64,000 bases of DNA from Elusimicrobia bacterium CG_4_9_14_3_um_filter_62_55 (GTDB lineage: Bacteria > Elusimicrobiota > Elusimicrobia > UBA1565). Below the pieces are notes generated by a model. The model worked only from the letters and a program-made list of their open reading frames with translations. It did not search any database and was not told the DNA's origin. This document shows positions 61,678 to 64,000 of the stretch, in pieces (positions within the stretch are counted from its first letter, which is position 1; each line of letters opens with the position of its first letter). Location: contig PFUL01000184.1 of assembly GCA_002790095.1 (NCBI GenBank), positions 2,740-66,739 on the forward strand, read 5' to 3'. The position numbers were made by a program, and so were the translations under genes.

Positions 61678-64000
61678 TCAGCTTTCTCCTAGACTTTCGA
61701 GGGTTGCGGCGAGGCTGGAATGCATGGATTCAAATTCGTCCTGCCGGGCGCGGATCTTATCGACCTCGTCGACCGGGGCGCGCTCGAGAAAACTCGCGTT
61801 GGTCAGCTGCTTCCGGCACTTTTCCAGTTCCTTGGCGACCCGGGCGATCTCCTTGGTCAGGCGGGTCCGCTCCCGGTCGAAATCGATGACGCCCGCGAGA
61901 GGAACGAAAAAGGTCAGCTTGCGCGATACCGCCGTCGCCGACTGGGCGGGGCGGCCGTTGGCTGCGGCTTCCAACGCCTCAAGGCGCGCGAGATGGCGGA
62001 CGTACCCTGCGTGCGGCGCGAGCGCCCGAAGCTCGGCTTCGTCTCCGGAGTGAAACGCCTTGATCTTAAGCGCGGGCGGGACATTCAACTGCGCGCGCAG
62101 CGCGCGCAGCGAACGAACCGCGTCCATGACGACGCCCATGCTGGCGACGGACCCGGGGTCCTTCCAGCCCTCGGGAGCCGGGGCGCCCGCGCGGAGCACG
62201 AAGTCCGCGCTCTCCCCGGCGTAGGCGCGAAGATTTTCGTAGAGCTCCTCGGTGATATAGGGCATGAACGGATGCAGCATCTTGAGGCTTCCCGTCAGCA
62301 CCTGGACCAGAATCGCGCGGATCACCGGCAGGCGCGCAGCATCGTCGAGCCCGGACTTGGAAAGCTCCACGTACCAATCGCAGAACTCATCCCACAGGAA
62401 TCCGTACAGCGCGTCGGCGGCGGCGGCGATGTTGTAGCCGGCCATCGAGGCGCGCACCGCCTCCGCCGTCTCTTCATACCGGGAAAGAATCCACCGATCG
62501 GCGAGTTCGAGCGAACCCCGGTCGAGCGAGTCGAGGGAATACCCCCCCGCCGGCGGAGTCTCGTTTTTGAGCGCGTAATCGAGGACGAAGCGCGTCAGGT
62601 TCCAGATCTTGTTCGCGAAATTCCGCGGACCCGTAATCGAGTCCTCGGCGAACGGGATGTCCTTGCCCGGGTAAGCGAGCGAGGCCAACGCGAAGCGCGT
62701 CGCGTCCGTGCCGTACTTGTCCATCACCACCAACGGGTCGATCACATTGCCCAAGGACTTCGACATCTTCTTGCCGCGCTTGTCGCGGACGATCCCATGC
62801 ATCACCGCGTGATGGAAGGGAACCGTCCCTTCGAAATGAAGTCCCATCATCTGCATCCGGGCGACCCAGAGATAAAGGATTTCATAGCCCGTGACCAAAA
62901 CGCTCGTCGGGTAGTAGAACTTAAAGTCTTCGGTCTTCTCCGGCCAACCGAATACCGAAAGGGGCCAGAGCGCCGAAGAAAACCAGGTGTCAAGCACGTC
63001 CTGGTCCTGCAGCCAGCGGCCTTCTTCCGGGATCTCCGCCCCCACGCGGAGCGCGCCGCCGGCGGCCTTGCCGCCGGATTCGTAGCGGTAGCGGCCCGCG
63101 TCGCGCACGGTTTCAAACGGAACGCCCGCGTCGAGCGCCTCGCGCAGCGTTCCCTTCACCACGACGCCGCCATGCTCCACGGAGACGCGGATGCGGTCCG
63201 CCAAAATGTCGGCGTCGTACCAAACGGGGATGCGATGTCCCCACCAAATCTGCCGGGAGAGACACCAGTCGCGGATATTGACCAACCAGTCCCGGTAGGG
63301 CTTTTTCCAGGATTCGGGATAAATCGTGAAGCGCCCGTCGTCGACCGCGGCGACGGCCTTCTCGGCGACCGCCTCCATCTTCATGAACCACTGCTCCGAG
63401 ACCAAGGGCTCGATCGGCTGATTGCAGCGGTAGCAGGTGCCCACCGAGTGCTTGTACGCCTCGGTCTTTTCGAGAATCGGCTCTCCGTCGGCGCCCGCGA
63501 GCGCTTCCAGATCGGCGACGATTTTTTTTCGGGCCTCTTCGCGCGGAAGCCCCGCGTACGCGCCGGCCTCGTCGGTCATCTTCCCGTCGAGACCGATCAC
63601 CTGCCGCGGCGCGGGCATCTCCCGCTCATGGCGCTGCCAGATTTCGAAGTCGTTGGGGTCGTGAAACGGCGTCACCTTGACCGCGCCGGTGCCGAACGCG
63701 CGGTCCACGTGCTCGTCGGCGACGACGGTCAGCGCGTGTCCGGTCAGCGGAAGGGACAATTCCTTTCCCACCCAATCGGCATACCGCTCGTCTTTAGGAT
63801 GCACGGCAACGGCGGTGTCTCCGAGCATCGTCTCCGGACGCGTCGTGGCGACGGTCAAGAACCGCTTCGGGTCGTCCTTGAGCGGGTAGCGCATGTGCCA
63901 AAGATGGCCCTTCTTCTCTTCGAATTCGACTTCGATGTCGGAAAGCGCGGTACCGCAGCGGACGCACCAGTTGACCATGCGCTCGCCTCGGTAGACGAGG
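61678..64000 (-). CDS. valS: Valine--tRNA ligase, 3' portion (N-terminus lies beyond the window end)
   Basis: KMSKS, anticodon-binding region and C-terminal coiled coil. The ORF is open to the window edge. Confidence 0.85.
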   Translation of the reverse strand, partial: LVYRGERMVNWCVRCGTALSDIEVEFEEKKGHLWHMRYPLKDDPKRFLTVATTRPETMLGDTAVAVHPKDERYADWVGKELSLPLTGHALTVVADEHVDRAFGTGAVKVTPFHDPNDFEIWQRHEREMPAPRQVIGLDGKMTDEAGAYAGLPREEARKKIVADLEALAGADGEPILEKTEAYKHSVGTCYRCNQPIEPLVSEQWFMKMEAVAEKAVAAVDDGRFTIYPESWKKPYRDWLVNIRDWCLSRQIWWGHRIPVWYDADILADRIRVSVEHGGVVVKGTLREALDAGVPFETVRDAGRYRYESGGKAAGGALRVGAEIPEEGRWLQDQDVLDTWFSSALWPLSVFGWPEKTEDFKFYYPTSVLVTGYEILYLWVARMQMMGLHFEGTVPFHHAVMHGIVRDKRGKKMSKSLGNVIDPLVVMDKYGTDATRFALASLAYPGKDIPFAEDSITGPRNFANKIWNLTRFVLDYALKNETPPAGGYSLDSLDRGSLELADRWILSRYEETAEAVRASMAGYNIAAAADALYGFLWDEFCDWYVELSKSGLDDAARLPVIRAILVQVLTGSLKMLHPFMPYITEELYENLRAYAGESADFVLRAGAPAPEGWKDPGSVASMGVVMDAVRSLRALRAQLNVPPALKIKAFHSGDEAELRALAPHAGYVRHLARLEALEAAANGRPAQSATAVSRKLTFFVPLAGVIDFDRERTRLTKEIARVAKELEKCRKQLTNASFLERAPVDEVDKIRARQDEFESMHSSLAATLESLGES

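Overview
High-GC (~65-68%) bacterial chromosomal segment, gene-dense on both strands, with short AT-richer patches that mark promoters or acquired DNA. The ORF-track coordinates were trusted over hand counts because the printed lines disagree with the track by 1 nt in places; hand-derived coordinates (tRNA, repeats, hairpins, internal starts) are +/-1-2 nt. The type IV pilin N-terminus resembles Myxococcus/Geobacter PilA, and one protease carries a T9SS-type C-terminal sorting domain.

From the left edge the window holds a 50-bp tandem repeat, pilA, an ArnT/PMT-like GT-C glycosyltransferase, nagZ, tRNA-Leu(CAG) and smpB. Two paralogous O-antigen-ligase(Wzy_C)+TPR membrane proteins follow; the second carries an in-frame 60-bp x3 tandem repeat in its C-terminal tail. 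Between them lie a small outer-membrane beta-barrel gene, coaX and mdh.

A long minus-strand operon encodes the methylmalonyl pathway (split MCM large and B12 subunits, meaB, epimerase, carboxyltransferase). A GspE/PilB-family ATPase and a GAF-HD-GYP phosphodiesterase are inserted between the two MCM halves.

Further right are a degraded gene next to a divergent HNH (DUF222) endonuclease sharing an 18-bp perfect palindrome, an S8 protease, LPS/cell-wall genes (GT9, GT4, murC, rsmA, rdgB) and a TolC-MFP-MacB-type efflux set. mutY is translationally coupled to a Peptidase_Mx/ATP-grasp pair.

A likely acquired island holds two RAYT/IS200-like Y1 transposase genes, each bounded by perfect inverted repeats, flanking glgA; it also contains an IS630 HTH-only remnant and a pseudopilin. 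Beyond it are kamA coupled to a DUF4212+SSS symporter pair and an amino-acid catabolic operon (CoA-transferase A/B, two class-III aminotransferases, P5C dehydrogenase). The right end holds a Ser/Thr kinase, a low-GC three-gene operon of unknown secreted/membrane proteins, a REC-MBL response regulator and a partial valS. No rRNA genes or CRISPR arrays are present.
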